A stretch of DNA of 64,000 bases from Eledone cirrhosa (lineage: Eukaryota), in contig OZ024741.1 of NCBI GenBank assembly GCA_964016885.1, positions 205,716,001 to 205,780,000 on the forward strand, in the 5' to 3' direction. The translations under genes were made by a program, and so were the position numbers. How positions within the stretch are numbered: the first letter of the stretch is position 1; every line of letters begins with the position of its first letter. The notes beneath the pieces were generated by a model. That model was not told the DNA's origin, did not search any database, and saw only the letters and a list, made by a program, of their open reading frames with translations. This document shows positions 1-15,000 of the stretch, in pieces.

Positions 1-3000
1 GATGGTAGTGGTGGCAGTATTGGTGATGGTGGTAATGATGGTGGTGGTGGCAGTGTTGGTGTTGGTGGTAATGATGGTGGTGGTGGCAGTGTTGGTGTTT
101 TTGGTAATGATGGTGGTGGTGGCAGTGTTGGTGATGGTGGTAATGATGGTGGAGGTGGCAGTGTTGGTGTTGGTGATGGTGGTAATGATGGTTGTGGTGG
201 CAGTGTTGGTGTTGATGGTAATGATGGTGGTGGTGACAGTGTTGGTGTTGGTGGTAATGATGGTGGTGGTGGTGGTGGCAGTGCTGGTGATGGTGGTAAT
301 GACGGTGGGGGTGGCAGTACTGGTGTTGGTGATGGTGGTAATGATGGTGGTGGTGGCAGTGTTGGTGTTGGTGATGGTGGTAATGATGGTGGTGGTGGCA
401 GTGTTGGTGTTGGTGATGGTGGTAATGATGGTAGTGGTGGCAGTATTGGTGATGGTGGTAATGATGGTGGTGGTGGCAGTGTTGGTGTTGGTGGTAATGA
501 TGGTGGTGGTGGCAGTGTTGGTGTTGGTGGTAATGATGTTGGTGGTGGCAGTGTTGATGATGGTGGTAATGATGGTGGTGGTGGCAGTGTTGGTGATGGT
601 GGTAATAATGGTGGTGGTGGCAGTGTTGGTGATGATGGTAATGATGGTGGCGGTGTTGGTGCTGGTGTTGGTGATGGTGGTAATGATGGTGGTGGTGGCA
701 GTGTTGGGGATGGTGGTAATGATGGTGTTGGTGACAGTGTTGGTGATGGTGATGATGATGGTGGTGGTGGCAGTGTTGGAGATGATGGTGCTGGTGGCAG
801 TGTTGGTGATGGTAGTAATGGTGGTGGTGGTGGCAGTGTTGGTGATGGTAGTAATGGTGGTGGTGGTGGTAGTGTTGGTGGTGGTGATGGTGGTAATGAC
901 GGTGGTGGTGGCAGTGTTGGTGATGGTGGTAATGATGGCGGTGGTGGCAGTGTTGGTGTTCGTGATGGTGGTAATGATGGTTGTGGTGGCAGTGTTGGTG
1001 ATGGTAGTAATGATGGTGGTGGTGGTAGTGTTGGTGTTGGTGGTGGTGATAATGATGGTGGCAGTGTTGGTGTTGGTGGTAATGATGGTGGTGGTGGCAG
1101 TGTTGGTGATCGTGGTAATGATGGTGGTGGTGGCAGTGTTGGTGTTGATGGTAATGATGGTGGTGGTGGCAGTGTTGGTGATGGTGGTAATGATGGTGGT
1201 GGTGGCAGTGTTGTTGTTGGTGATGGTGGTAATGATGGTGGTGGTGGCAGTGTTGGTGGTGGTGGCAGTGTTGGTGTTGGTGGTAATGATGGTTGTGGTG
1301 GCAGTTTTGATGATGGCGGTAATGATGGTGGTGGTGGCAGTGTTGGTGTTGGTGGTAATGATGGTGGTGTTGGCAGTGTTGGTGATGGTGGTAATGATGG
1401 TGGTGGTGGCAGTGTTGGTGATGGTGGTAATGATGGTGGTGGTGGCAGTGTTGGTGATGGTGGTAATGATATTGGTGCTGGCAGTGTTGGTGATGGTGGT
1501 AATGATGGTGATGGTGGCAGTGTTGATGTTGGTGATGGTGCTAATGATGGTGGTGGTGGCAGTGATGGTGATGGTGGTAATGATGGTGGTGGTGGCAGTG
1601 TTGGTGATGGTGGTAATGATGGTGGTGGTGGCAGTGTTGGTGATGGTGGTGATGATGGTGGTGGTGGCAGTGTTGGTGTTGGTGGTAATGATGGTGGTGG
1701 TGGCAGTGTTGGTGATGGTGGTGATGATGGTGGTGGTGGCAGTGTTGGTGATGGTGGTGATGATGGTGGTGGTGGCAGTGTTGGTGTTGGTGGTAATGAT
1801 GGTGGTGGTGGCAGTGTTGGTGATAGTGGTAATGATGGTGGTGGTGGCAGTGTTGGTGTTGGTTGTAATGATGGTGGTGGTGGCAGTGTTGGTGATGGTG
1901 ATGATGATCGTGGTGGTGGCAGTGTTGGTGATGGTGGTGAAGATGGTGGTGGTGGCAGTGTTGGTGATGGTGGTGGTGGCAGTGTTGGTGATGATGGTGC
2001 TGGTGGCAGTGTTGGTGATGGTAGTAATGGTGGTGGTGGTGGTAGTGTTGGTGATGGTGGTGATGATGGTGGTGGTGGCAGTGTTGGTGATGGTGGTAAT
2101 GATGGTGGTGCTGGCAGTGTTGGAGATGATGGTGCTGGTGGCAGTGTTGGTGATGGTAGTAATGGTGGTGGTGGTGGCAGTGTTGGTGATGCTGGTGATG
2201 ATGGTGGTGGTGGCAGTGTTGGTGATGGTGGTAATGATGGTGGTGCTGGCAGTGTTGGAGATGATGGTGCTGGTGGCAGTGTTGGTGATGGTAGTAATGG
2301 TGGTGGTGGTGGTAGTGTTGGTGGTGGTGATGGTGGTAATGATGGTGGTGGTGGCAGTGTTGGTGATGGTGGTAATGATGGTGGTGGTGGCAGTGTTGGT
2401 GTGCGTGATGGTGGTAATGATGGTTGTGGTGGCAGTGTTGGTGATGGTGGTAATGATGGTGGTGGTGGTAGTGTTGGTGTTGGTGGTGGTGATAATGATA
2501 GTGGTGGTGGCAGTGTTGGTGATGGTGGTGATGATGGTGGTGGTGGCAGTGTTGGTGATGGTGGTAATGATGGTTATGGTGGCAGTGTTGGTGATGGTGG
2601 TGATGATGGTGGTGGTGGCATTGTTGGTGATGGTGGTAATGATGGTGGTGGTGGTAGTGTTGGTGGTGGTGATGGTGGTAATGATGGTGGTGGTGGCAGT
2701 GTTGGTGATGGTGGTAATGATGGTGGTGGTGCCAGTGTTGGCGATGGTGGTAATGATGGTGGTGGTGGCAGTGTTGGTGTTGATGGTAATGATGGTGGTG
2801 GTGGTAGTGTTGGTGGTGGTGATGGTGGTAATGATGGTGGTGGTGGCAGTGTTGGTGATGGTAGTAATGATGGTGGTGGTGGTAGTGTTGGTGGTGGTGA
2901 TGGTGGTAATGATGGTGGTGGCGGTAGTGTTGGTGTTGGTGATGGTGGTAATGATGGTGGTGGTGGCAGTGGTGGTGTTGGTGATGGTGGTAATGATGGT

Positions 3001-6000
3001 GGTGGTGGCAGTGGTGGTGTTGGTGATGGTGGTAATAATGGTGGTCGTGGCAGTGTTGGTGTTGGTGGTAATGATGGTGGTGGTGGCAGAGGTGGTGTTG
3101 GTGATGGTGGTAATGATGGTGGTGGTGGCAGTGTTGGTGTTGGTGATGGTGGTAATGATGGTGGTGGTGTCAGTGTTGGTGTTGGTGATGGTGGTAATGA
3201 TGGTGGTGGTGGCAGTGGTCGTGTTGGTGATGGTGGTAATGATGGTGGTGGTGGCAGTGGTGGTGTTGGTGATGGTGGTAATAATGGTGGTCGTGGCAGT
3301 GGTGGTGTTGGTGATGGTGGTAATAATGGTGGTCGTGGCAGTGTTGGTGTTGGTGGTAATGATGGTGGTGGTGGCAGTGGTGGTGTTGGTGGTAATGATG
3401 GTGGTGGTGGCAGTGGTGGTGTTGGTGATGGTGGTAATGATGGTGGTGGTGGCAGTGTTGGTGTTGGTGATGGTGGTAATGATGGTGGTGGTGGCAGTGG
3501 TGGTGTTGGTGATGGTGGTAATGATGGTGGTGGTGGCAGTGTTGGTGTTGGTGATGGTGGTAATAATGGTGGTCGTGGCAGTGTTGGTGATGGTGGTAAT
3601 GATGGTGGTGGTGGCAGTGGTGGTGTTGGTGATGGTGGTAATGATGGTGGTGGTGGCAGTGTTGGTGTTGGTGATGGTGGTAATGATGGTAGTGGTGGCA
3701 GTATTGGTGATGGTGGTAATGATGGCGGTGGTGGCAGTGGTGGTGTTGGTGGTAATGATGGTGGTGGTGGCAGTGTTGGTGTTGGTGGTAATGATGGTGG
3801 TGGTGGCAGTGTTGATGATGGTGGTAATGATGGTGGTGGTGGCAGTGTTGGTGATGGTGGTAATAATGGTGGTGGTGGCAGTGTTGGTTATGGTGGTAAT
3901 GATGGTGGTGGTGTTGGTGCTGGTGTTGGTGATGGTGGTAATGATGGTGGTGGTGGCAGTGTTAGTATTGGTGGTAATGATGGTGGTGGTGGCAGTGGTG
4001 GTGTTGGTGGTAATGATGGTGGTGGTGGCAGTGTTGGTGTTGGTGATGGTGGTAATAATGGTGTCGTGGCAGTGTTGGTGTTGGTGGTAATGATGGCGGT
4101 GGTGGCAGTGTTGATGATGGTGGTAATGATGGTGGTGGTGGCAGTGTTGGTGTTGTTGATGGTGGTTATTATGGTGGTGGTGGCAGTGTTGTTGATGGTG
4201 GTAATGATGGTGGTGGTGTTGGTGCTGGTGTTGGTGATGGTGGTAATGATATTGGTCGTGGCAGTGTTGGTGATAGTGGTAATGATGGTGGTGGTGGCAG
4301 TGTTGGTGATGGTGGTGATGATGGTGGTGGTGGCAGTGTTGGTGATGGTGGTAATGATGGTGGTAGTGGCAGTGTTGGTGTTGATGGTAATGATGGTGGT
4401 GGTGGCAGTGTTAGTGTTGATGGTAATGATGGTGGTGGTGGCAATGTGGGAGATGATGGTGCTGGTGGCAGTGTTGGTGATGGTAGTAATGATGGTGGTG
4501 GTGGTAGTGTTGGTGGTGGTGATGGTGGTAATGATGGTTGTAGTGGCAGTGTTGGTGATGGTAGTAATGATGGTGGTGGTGGTAGTGTTGGTGTTCGTGA
4601 TGGTGGTAATGATGGTTGTGGTGGCAGTGTTGGTGATGGTAGTAATGATGATGGTGGTGGTAGTGTTGGTGGTGGTGATGGTGGTAATGATGGTGGTGGT
4701 GGCAGTGTTGGTGTTGGTGGTAATGATGGTGGTGGTGGCAGTGTTGGTGATGGTGGTAATGATGGTGGTGGTGGCAGCTTTGGTGTTCGTGGTGGTGGTA
4801 ATGATGGTAGTGGTGGCAGTATTGGTGATGGTGGTAATGATGGTGGTGGTGGCAGTGTTGGTGTTGGTGGTAATGATGGTGGTGGTGGCAGTGTTGGTGT
4901 TTTTGGTAATGATGCTGGTGGTGGCAGTGTTGGTGATGGTGGTAATGATGGTTGTGGTGGCAGTGTTGGTGTTGGTGATGGTGGTAATGATGGTTGTGGT
5001 GGCAGTGTTGGTGTTGATGGTAATGATGGTGGTGGTGACAGTGTTGGTTTTGGTGGTAATGATGGTGGTGGTGGTGGTGGCAGTGCTGTTGATGGTGGTA
5101 ATGATGGTGGGGGTGGCAGTGCTGGTGTTGGTGATGGTGGTAATGATGGTGGTGGTGGCAGTGTTGGTGTTGGTGATGGTGGTAATGATGGTGGTGGTGG
5201 CAGTGTTGGTGTTGGTGATGGTGGTAATGATGGTAGTGGTGGCAGTATTGGTGATGGTGGTAATGATGTTGGTGGTGGCAGTGTTGGTGTTGGTGGTAAT
5301 GATGGTGGTGGTGGCAGTGTTGGTGTTGGTGGTAATGATGGTGGTGGTGGCAGTGTTGATGATGGTGGTAATGATGGTGGTGGTGGCAGTGTTGGTGATG
5401 GTGGTAATAATGGTGGTGGTGGCAGTGTTGGTGATGGTGGTAATGATGGTGGTGGTGTTGGTGCTGGTGTTGGTGATGGTGGTAATGATGGTGGTGGTGG
5501 CAGTGTTGGTGATGGGGGTAATGATGGTGTTGGTGGCAGTGTTGGTGATGGTGATGATGATGGTGATGATGATGGTGGTGGTGGCAGTGTTGGAGATGAT
5601 GGTGCTGGTGGCAGTGTTGGTGATGGTAGTAATGGTGGTGTTGGTGGCAGTGTTGGTGATGGTAGTAATGGTGGTGGTGGCGGTATTGTTGGTGTTCGTG
5701 ATGGTGGTAATGATGGTTGTGGTGGCAGTGTTGGTGATGGTAGTAATGATGCTGGTGGTGGTAGTGTTGGTGTTGGTGGTGGTGATAATGATGGTGGCAG
5801 TGTTGGTGTTGGTGGTAATGATGGTGGTGGTGGCAGTGTTGGTGATCGTGGTAATGATGGTGGTGGTGGCAGTGTTGGTGTTGATGGTAATGATGGTGGT
5901 GGTGGCAGTGTTGGTGATGGTGGTAATGATGGTGGTGGTGGCAGTGTTGTTGTTGATGATGGTGGTAATGATGGTGGTGGTGGCAGTGTTGGTGATGGTG

Positions 6001-9000
6001 GTGATGATGGTGGTGGTGGCAGTGTTGGTGATGGTGGTAATGATGGTGGTAGTGGCAGTGTTGGTGTTGATGGTAATGATGGTGGTGGTGGCAGTGTTAG
6101 TGTTGATGGTAATGATGGTGGTGGTGGCAATGTGGGAGATGATGGTGCTGGTGGCAGTGTTGGTGATGGTAGTAATGATGGTGGTGGTGGTAGTGTTGGT
6201 GGTGGTGATGGTGGCAATGATGGTTGTAGTGGCAGTGTTGGTGATGGTAGTAATGATGGTGGTGGTGGTAGTGTTGGTGTTCGTGATGGTGGTAATGATG
6301 GTTGTGGTGGCAGTGTTGGTGATGGTAGTAATGATGGTGGTGGTGGTAGTGTTGGTGGTGGTGATGGTGGTAATGATGGTGGTGGTGGCAGTGTTGGTGT
6401 TGGTGGTAATGATGGTGGTGGTGGCAGTGTTGGTGATGGTGGTAATGATGGTGGTGGTGGCAGCTTTGGTGTTCGTGGTGGTGGTAATGATGGTAGTGGT
6501 GGCAGTATTGGTGATGGTGGTAATGATGGTGGTGGTGGCAGTGTTGGTGTTGGTGGTAATGATGGTGGTGGTGGCAGTGTTGGTGTTTTTGGTAATGATG
6601 CTGGTGGTGGCAGTGTTGGTGATGGTGGTAATGATGGTTGTGGTGGCAGTGTTGGTGTTGGTGATGGTGGTAATGATGGTTGTGGTGGCAGTGTTGGTGT
6701 TGATGGTAATGATGGTGGTGGTGACAGTGTTGGTTTTGGTGGTAATGATGGTGGTGGTGGTGGTGGCAGTGCTGCTGATGGTGGTAATGATGGTGGGGGT
6801 GGCAGTGCTGGTGTTGGTGATGGTGGTAATGATGGTGGTGGTGGCAGTGTTGGTGTTGGTGATGGTGGTAATGATGGTGGTGGTGGCAGTGTTGGTGTTG
6901 GTGATGGTGGTAATGATGGTAGTGGTGGCAGTATTGGTGATGGTGGTAATGATGTTGGTGGTGGCAGTGTTGGTGTTGGTGGTAATGATGGTGGTGGTGG
7001 CAGTGTTGGTGTTGGTGGTAATGATGGTGGTGGTGGCAGTGTTGATGATGGTGGTAATGATGGTGGTGGTGGCATTGTTGGTGATGGTGGTAATAATGGT
7101 GGTGGTGGCAGTGTTGGTGATGGTGGTAATGATGGTGGTGGTGTTGGTGCTGGTGTTGGTGATGGTGGTAATGATGGTGGTGGTGGCAGTGTTGGAGATG
7201 ATGGTGCTGGTGGCAGTGTTGGTGATGGTAGTAATGGTGGTGTTGGTGGCAGTGTTGGTGATGGTAGTAATGGTGGTGGTGGCGGTATTGTTGGTGTTCG
7301 TGATGGTGGTAATGATGGTTGTGGTGGCAGTGTTGGTGATGGTAGTAATGATGGTGGTGGTGGTAGTGTTGGTGTTGGTGGTGGTGATAATGATAGTGGC
7401 AGTGTTGGTGTTGGTGGTAATGATGGTGGTGGTGGCAGTGTTGGTGATCGTGGTAATGATGGTGGTGGTGGCAGTGTTGGTGTTGATGGTAATGATGGTG
7501 GTGGTGGCAGTGTTGGTGATGGTGGTAATGATGGTGGTGGTGGCAGTGTTGTTGTTGGTGATGGTGGTAATGATGGTGGTGGTGGCAGTGTTGGTGGTGG
7601 TGGCAGTGTTGGTGTTGGTGGTAATGATGGTGGTGGTGGCAGTGTTGATGATGGTGGTAATGATGGTGGTGGTGGCTGTGTTGGTGTTTTTGATGGTGGT
7701 AATGATGGTGGTGGTGGCAGTGTTGGTGATGGTGGTAATGATGGTGGTGGTGGCAGTGTTGGTGATGGAGGTAATGATGGTGGTGGTGGCAGTGTTGGTG
7801 TTGGTGATGGTGGTAATGATGGTGGTGGTGGCAGTATTGGTGATGGTGGTAATGATGGTGGTGTTGGTGATGGTGGTAATGATGGTGATGGTGGTAATGA
7901 TGGTGGTGGTGGCAGTGTTGGTGATGGTGGTAATGATGGTGGTGGTGGCAGCGTTGGAGATGATCGTGGTGGTGGCAGTGTTGGTGATGGTGGTAATGAT
8001 GGTGGTGGTGGCAGTGTTGGTGTTGGTGGTAATGATGGTGGTGGTGGCAGTGTTGGTGATAGTGGTAATGATGGTGATGGTGGTAATGATGGTGGTGGTG
8101 GCAGTGTTGGTGTTGGTGATGGTGGTAATGATGGCGGTGGTGGCAGTATTGGTGATGGTGGTAATGATGGCGGTGGTGGCAGTATTGGTGATGGTGGTAA
8201 TGATGGTGGTGGTGGCAGTGTTGGTGATGGTGGCAATGATGGTGGTGCTGGCAGTGTTGGTGATGGTGGTAATGATGGTGGTGCTGGCAGTGTTGATGAT
8301 GGTGGTAATGATGGTGGTGGTGGCAGTATTGGTGATGGTGGTAATGATGGCGGTGGTGGCAATATTGGTGATGGTGGTAATGATGGTGGTGGTGGCAGTG
8401 TTGGTGTTGGTGATGGTGGTAATGATGGTGGTGGTGGCAGTGTTGGTGGTAATGATGGTGGTGGTGGCAGTGTTGGTGATGGTGGTAATGATGGTGGTGC
8501 TGGCAATGTTGGTGATGGTGGTAATGATGGTGGTGGTGGCAGTATTGGTGATGGTGGTAATGATGGCGGTGGTGGCAGTATTGGTGATGGTGGTAATGAT
8601 GGTGGTGGTGGCAGTGTTGGTGTTGGTGGTAATGATGGTGGTGGTGGCAGTGTTGGTGATGGTGGTAATGATGGTGGTGGTGGCAGTATTGGTGATGGTG
8701 GTAATGATGGTGGTGGTGGCAGTGTTGGTGTTGGTGGTAATGATGGTGGTGGTGGCAGTGTTGGTGATGGTGGTAATGATGGTGGTGGTGGCAGTATTGG
8801 TGTTGGTGATGGTGGTAATGATGGCGGTGGTGGCAGTATTGGTGATGGTGGTAATGATGGCGGTGGTGGCAGTATTGGTGATGGTGGTAATGATGGTGGT
8901 GGTGGCAGTGTTGGTGTTGGTGATGGTGGTAATGATGGTGGTGGTGGCAGTGTTGGTGTTGGTGGTAATGATGGTGGTGGTGGCAGTGTTGGTGATGGTG

Positions 9001-12000
9001 GTAATGATGGTGGTGCTGGCAATGTTGGTGATGGTGGTAATGATGGTGGTGGTGGCAGTGTTGGTGTTGGTGGTAATGATGGTGGTGGTGGCAGTGTTGG
9101 TGATGGTGGTAATGATGGTGGTGCTGGCAGTGTTGATGATGGTGGTAATGATGGTGGTGGTGGCAGTATTGGTGATGGTGGTAATGATGGCGGTGGTGGC
9201 AATATTGGTGATGGTGGTAATGATGGTGGTGGTGGCAGTGTTGGTGTTGGTGATGGTGGTAATGATGGTGGTGGTGGCAGTGTTGGTGTTGGTGGTAATG
9301 ATGGTGGTGGTGGCAGTGTTGGTGATGGTGGTAATGATGGTGGTGCTGGCAATGTTGGTGATGGTGGTAATGATGGTGGTGGTGGCAGTATTGGTGATGG
9401 TGGTAATGATGGCGGTGGTGGCAGTATTGGTGATGGTGGTAATGATGGTGGTGGTGGCAGTATTGGTGATGTTGGTAATGATGGTGGTGGTGGCAGTGTT
9501 GGTGTTGGTGATGGTGGTAATGATGGCGGTGGTGGCAGTATTGGTGATGGTGGTAATGATGGCGGTGGTGGCAGTATTGGTGATGGTGGTAATGATGGTG
9601 GTGGTGGCAGTGTTGGTGTTGGTGATGGTGGTAATGATGGTGGTGGTGGCAGTGTTGGTGATGGTGGTAATGATGGTTGTGGTGGCAGTGTTGGTGTTGG
9701 TGATGGTGGTAATGATGGTTGTGGTGGCAGTGTTGGTGTTGATGGTAATGATGGTGGTGGTGGCAGTGTTGGTGTTGGTGGTAATGATGGTGGTGGTGGC
9801 AGTGTTGGTGATGGTGGTAATGATGGTGGTGGTGGTGGTGGCAGTGCTGCTGATGGTGGTAATGATGGTGGGGGTGGCAGTGCTGGTGTTGGTGATGGTG
9901 GTAATGATGGTGGTGGTGGCAGTGTTGGTGTTGTTGATGGTGGTAATGATGGTGGTGGTGGCAGTGTTGGTGTTGGTGATGGTGGTAATGATGGTAGTGG
10001 TGGCAGTATTGGTGATGGTGGTAATGATGTTGGTGGTGGCAGTGTTGGTGTTGGTGGTAATGATGGTGGTGGTGGCAGTGTTGGTGTTGGTGGTAATGAT
10101 GGTGGTGGTGGCAGTGTTGGTGATGGTGGTAATAATGGTGGTGGTGGCAGTGTTGGTGATGGTGGTAATGATGGTGGTGGTGTTGGTGCTGGTGTTGGTG
10201 ATGGTGGTAATGATGGTGGTGGTGGCAGTGTTGGTGATGGGGGTAATGATGGTGTTGGTGGCAGTGTTGGTGATGGTGATGATGATGGTGATGATGATGG
10301 TGGTGGTGGCAGTGTTGGAGATGATGGTGCTGGTGGCAGTGTTGGTGATGGTAGTAATGGTGGTGGTGGTGGCAGTGTTGGAGATGATCGTGGTGGTGGC
10401 AGTGTTGGTGATGGTGGTAATGATGGTGGTGGTGGCAGTGTTGGTGTTGGTGGTAATGATGTTGGTGGTGGCAGTGTTGGTGATAGTGGTAATGATGGTG
10501 ATGGTGGTAATGATGGTGGTGGTGGCAGTGTTGGTGTTGGTGATGGTGGTAATGATGGCGGTGGTGGCAGTATTGGTGATGGTGTTAATGATGGCGGTGG
10601 TGGCAGTATTGGTGATGGTGGTAATGATGGTGGTGGTGGCAGTGTTGGTGATGGTGGCAATGATGGTGGTGCTGGCAGTGTTGGTGATGGTGATGGTGGT
10701 AATGATGGTGGCGGTGGCAGTGTTGGTGTTGGTGGTAATGATGGTGGTGGTGGCAGTGTTGGTGATGGTGGTAATGATGGTGGTGCTGGCAGTGTTGATG
10801 ATGGTGGTAATGATGGTGGTGGTGGCAGTATTGGTGATGGTGGTAATGATGGCGGTGGTGGCAATATTGGTGATGGTGGTAATGATGGTGGTGGTGGCAG
10901 TATTGGTGATGGTGGTAATGATGGTGGTGGTGGCAGTGTTGGTGTTGGTGATGGTGGTAATGATGGTGGTGGTGGCAGTGTTGGTGTTGGTGATGGTGGT
11001 AATGATGGCGGTGGTGGCAGTATTGGTGATGGTGGTAATGATGGCGGTGGTGGCAGTATTGGTGATGGTGGTAATGATGGTGGTGGTGGCAGTGTTGGTG
11101 ATGGTGGCAATGATGGTGGTGCTGGCAGTGTTGGTGATGGTGATGGTGGTAATGATGGTGGTGGTGGCAGTGTTGGTGTTGGTGGTAATGATGGTGGTGG
11201 TGGCAGTGTTGGTGATGGTGGTAATGATGGTGGTGCTGGCAGTGTTGATGATGGTGGTAATGATGGTGGTGGTGGTAGTGTTGGTGTTGATGATGGTGGT
11301 AATGAAGGTGGTGGTGGCAGTGTTGGTGATGGTGGTAATGATGGTGGTGGCGGTAGTGTTGGTGTTGGTGATGGTGGTAATGATGGTGGTGGTGGCAGTG
11401 TTGGTGTTGGTGGTAATGATGGTGGTGGTGGCAGTATTGGTGATGGTGGTAATGATGGTGGTGGTGGCAGTGTTGGTGTTGGTGATGGTGGTAATGATGG
11501 TGGTGGTGGCAGTGTTGGTGATGGTGGTAATGATGGTGGTGCTGGCAATGTTGGTGATGGTGGTAATGATGGTGGTGGTGGCAGTATTGGTGATGGTGGT
11601 AATGATGGCGGTGGTGGCAGTATTGGTGATGGTGGTAATGATGGTGGTGGTGGCAGTATTGGTGATGGTGGTAATGATGGTGGTGGTGACAGTGTTGGTG
11701 ATGGTGGTAATGATGGTGGTGGTGGCAGTGTTGGTGTTGGTGATGGTGGTAATGATGGTGGTGGTGGCAGTGTTGGTGTTGGTGATGGTGGTAATGATGG
11801 CGGTGGTGGCAGTATTGGTGATGGTGGTAATGATGGCGGTGGTGGCAGTATTGGTGATGGTGGTAATGATGGTGGTGGTGGCAGTGTTGGTGTTGGTGAT
11901 GGTGGTAATGATGGTGGTGGTGGCAGTGTTGGTGTTGGTGGTAATGATGGTGGTGGTGGCAGTGTTGGTGATGGTGGTAATGATGGTGGTGCTGGCAATG

Positions 12001-15000
12001 TTGGTGATGGTGGTAATGATGGCGGTGGTGGCAGTATTGGTGATGGTGGTAATGATGGCGGTGGTGGCAGTATTGGTAATGGTGGTAATGATGGTGGTGG
12101 TGGCAGTATTGGTGATGGTGGTAATGATGGTGGTGGTGGCAGTGTTGATGTTGGTGATGGTGGTAATGATGGTGGTGGTGGTAATGATGGTGGTGGTGGC
12201 AGTGTTGGTGTTGGTGGTAATGATGGTGGCAGCGTTGGTGTTGATGGTAATGATGGTGGTGGTGGCAGTGTTGGTGATGGTGGTAATGATGGCGGTGGTG
12301 GCAGTATTGGTGATGGTGGTAATGATGGTGGTGGTGGCAGTGTTGGTGTTGGTGATGGTGGTAATGATGGTGGTGGTGGTAATGATGGTGGTGGTGGCAG
12401 TGTTGGTGTTGGTGGTAATGATGGTGGCAGCGTTGGTGTTGATGGTAATGATGGTGGTGGTGGCAGTGTTGGTGATGGTGATGGTTGTAATGATGGTGGT
12501 GGTGGCAGTGTTGGTGATGGTGATGGTGGTAATGATGGTGGTGGTGGCAGTGTTGGTGTTGGTGGTAATGATGGTGGTGGTGGCAGTGTTGGTGATGGTG
12601 ATGGTGGTAATGATGGTGGTGGTGGCAGTGTTGGTGATGGTGATGGTGGTAATGATGGTGGTGGTGGCAGTGTTGGTGTTGGTGATGGTGGTAATGATGA
12701 TGGTGGTGGCAGTATTGGTGATGGTGGTAATGATGGTGGCAGCGTTGGTGTTGATGGTAATGATGGTGGTGGTGGCAGTGTTGGTGATGGTGATGGTTGT
12801 AATGATGGTGGTGGTGGCAGTGTTGGTGATGGTGATGGTGGTAATGATGGTGGTGGTGGCAGTGTTGGTGTTGGTGGTAATGATGGTGGTGGTGGCAGTG
12901 TTGGTGATGGTGATGGTGGTAATGATGGTGGTGGTGGCAGTGTTGGTGTTGGTGATGGTGGTAATGATGGTGGTGGTGGCACTGTTGGTGATGGTGGTAA
13001 TGATGGCGGTGGTGGCAGTGTTGGTGATGGTGGTATTGATGGCGGTGGTGGCAGTGTTGGTGTTGGTGGTAATGATGGTGGTGGTGGCAGTGTTGGTGTT
13101 GGTGGTAATGATGGTGGTGGTGGCAGTGTTGGTGATAGTGGTAATGATGGTGATGGTGGTAATGATGGTGGTGGTGGCAGTGTTGGTGTTGGTGATGGTG
13201 GTAATGATGGTGGTGGTGGTAATGATGGTGGTGGTGGCAGTGTTGGTGTTGGTGATGGTGGTAATGATGGCGGTGGTGGCAGTATTGGTGATGGTGGTAA
13301 TGATGGCGGTGGTGGCAGTATTGGTGATGGTGGTAATGATGGCGGTGGTGGCAGTGTTGGTGATGGTGGCAATGATGGTGGTGCTGGCAGTGTTGGTGAT
13401 GGTGATGGTGGTAATGATGGTGGTGGTGGCAGTGTTGGTGTTGGTGGTAATGATGGTGGTGGTGGCAGTGTTGGTGATGGTGGTAATGATGGTGGTGCTG
13501 GCAGTGTTGGTGTTGATGGTAATGATGGTGGTGGTGACAGTGTTGGTGTTGGTGGTAATGATGGTGGTGGTGGTGGTGGCAGTGCTGTTGATGGTGGTAA
13601 TGATGGTGGGGGTGGCAGTGCTGGTGTTGGTGATGGTAGTAATGATGGTGGTGGTGGCAGTGTTGGTGTTGGTGATGGTTGTAATGATGGTGGTGGTGGC
13701 AGTGTTGGTGTTGGTGATGGTGGTAATGATGGTAGTGGTGGCAGTATTGGTGATGGTGGTAATGATGGTGGTGGTGGCAGTGTTGGTGTTGGTGGTAACG
13801 ATGGTGGTGGTGGCAGTGTTGGTGTTGGTGGTAATGATGGTGGTGGTGGCAGTGTTGATGATGGTGGTAATGATGGTGGTGGTGGCAGTGTTGGTGATGG
13901 TGGTAATAATGGTGGTGGTGGCAGTGTTGGTGATGGTGGTAATGATGGTGGTGGTGTTGGTGCTGGTGTTGGTGGTAATGATGGTGGTGGTGGCACTGTT
14001 GGTGATGGTGGTAATGATGGTGGTGGTGGCAGTGTTGGTGATGGTGGTAATGATGGTGGTGGTGGCAGTGTTGGTGATGGTGGTAATGATGGCGGTGGTG
14101 GCAGTGTTGGTGATGGTGGTAATGATGGTGGTGGTGGCAGTATTGGTGATGGTGGTAATGATGGTGGTGGTGGCAGTGTTGGTGATGGTGGTAATGATGG
14201 TGGTGGTGGCAGTGTTGGTGTTGGTGGTAATGATGGTGGTGGTGGCAGTGTTGATGATGGTGGTAATGATGGTGGTGGTGGCAGTGTTGGTGATGGTGGT
14301 AATGATGGTGGTGGTGGCAGTGTTGGTGATGGTGGTAATGATGGTGGTGGTGGCAGTGTTGGTGATGGTGGTAATGATGGTGGTGTTGGCAGTATTGGTG
14401 ATGGTGGTAATGATGGTGGTGGTGGCAGTGTTGGTGTTGGTGATGGTGGTAATGATGGTGGTGGTGGCAGTATTGGTGATGGTGGTAATGATGGTGGTGT
14501 TGGTGATGGTGGTAATGATGGTGATGGTGGTAATGATGGTGGTGGTGGCAGTGTTGGTGATGGTGGTAATGATGGTGGTGGTGGCAGCGTTGGAGATGAT
14601 CGTGGTGGTGGCAGTGTTGGTGATGGTGGTAATGAGGGTGGTGGTGGCAGTGTTGGTGTTGGTGGTAATGATGGTGGTGGTGGCAGTGTTGGTGTTGGTG
14701 GTAATGATGGTGGTGGTGGCAGTGTTGGTGATAGTGGTAATGATGGTGATGGTGGTAATGATGGTGGTGGTGGCAGTGTTGGTGTTGGTGATGGTGGTAA
14801 TGATGGTGGTGGTGGTAATGATGGTGGTGGTGGCAGTGTTGGTGTTGGTGATGGTGGTAATGATGGCGGTGGTGGCAGTATTGGTGATGGTGGTAATGAT
14901 GGCGGTGGTGGCAGTATTGGTGATGGTGGTAATGATGGCGGTGGTGGCAGGGTTGGTGATGGTGGCCATGATGGTGGTGCTGGCAGTGTTGGTGATGGTG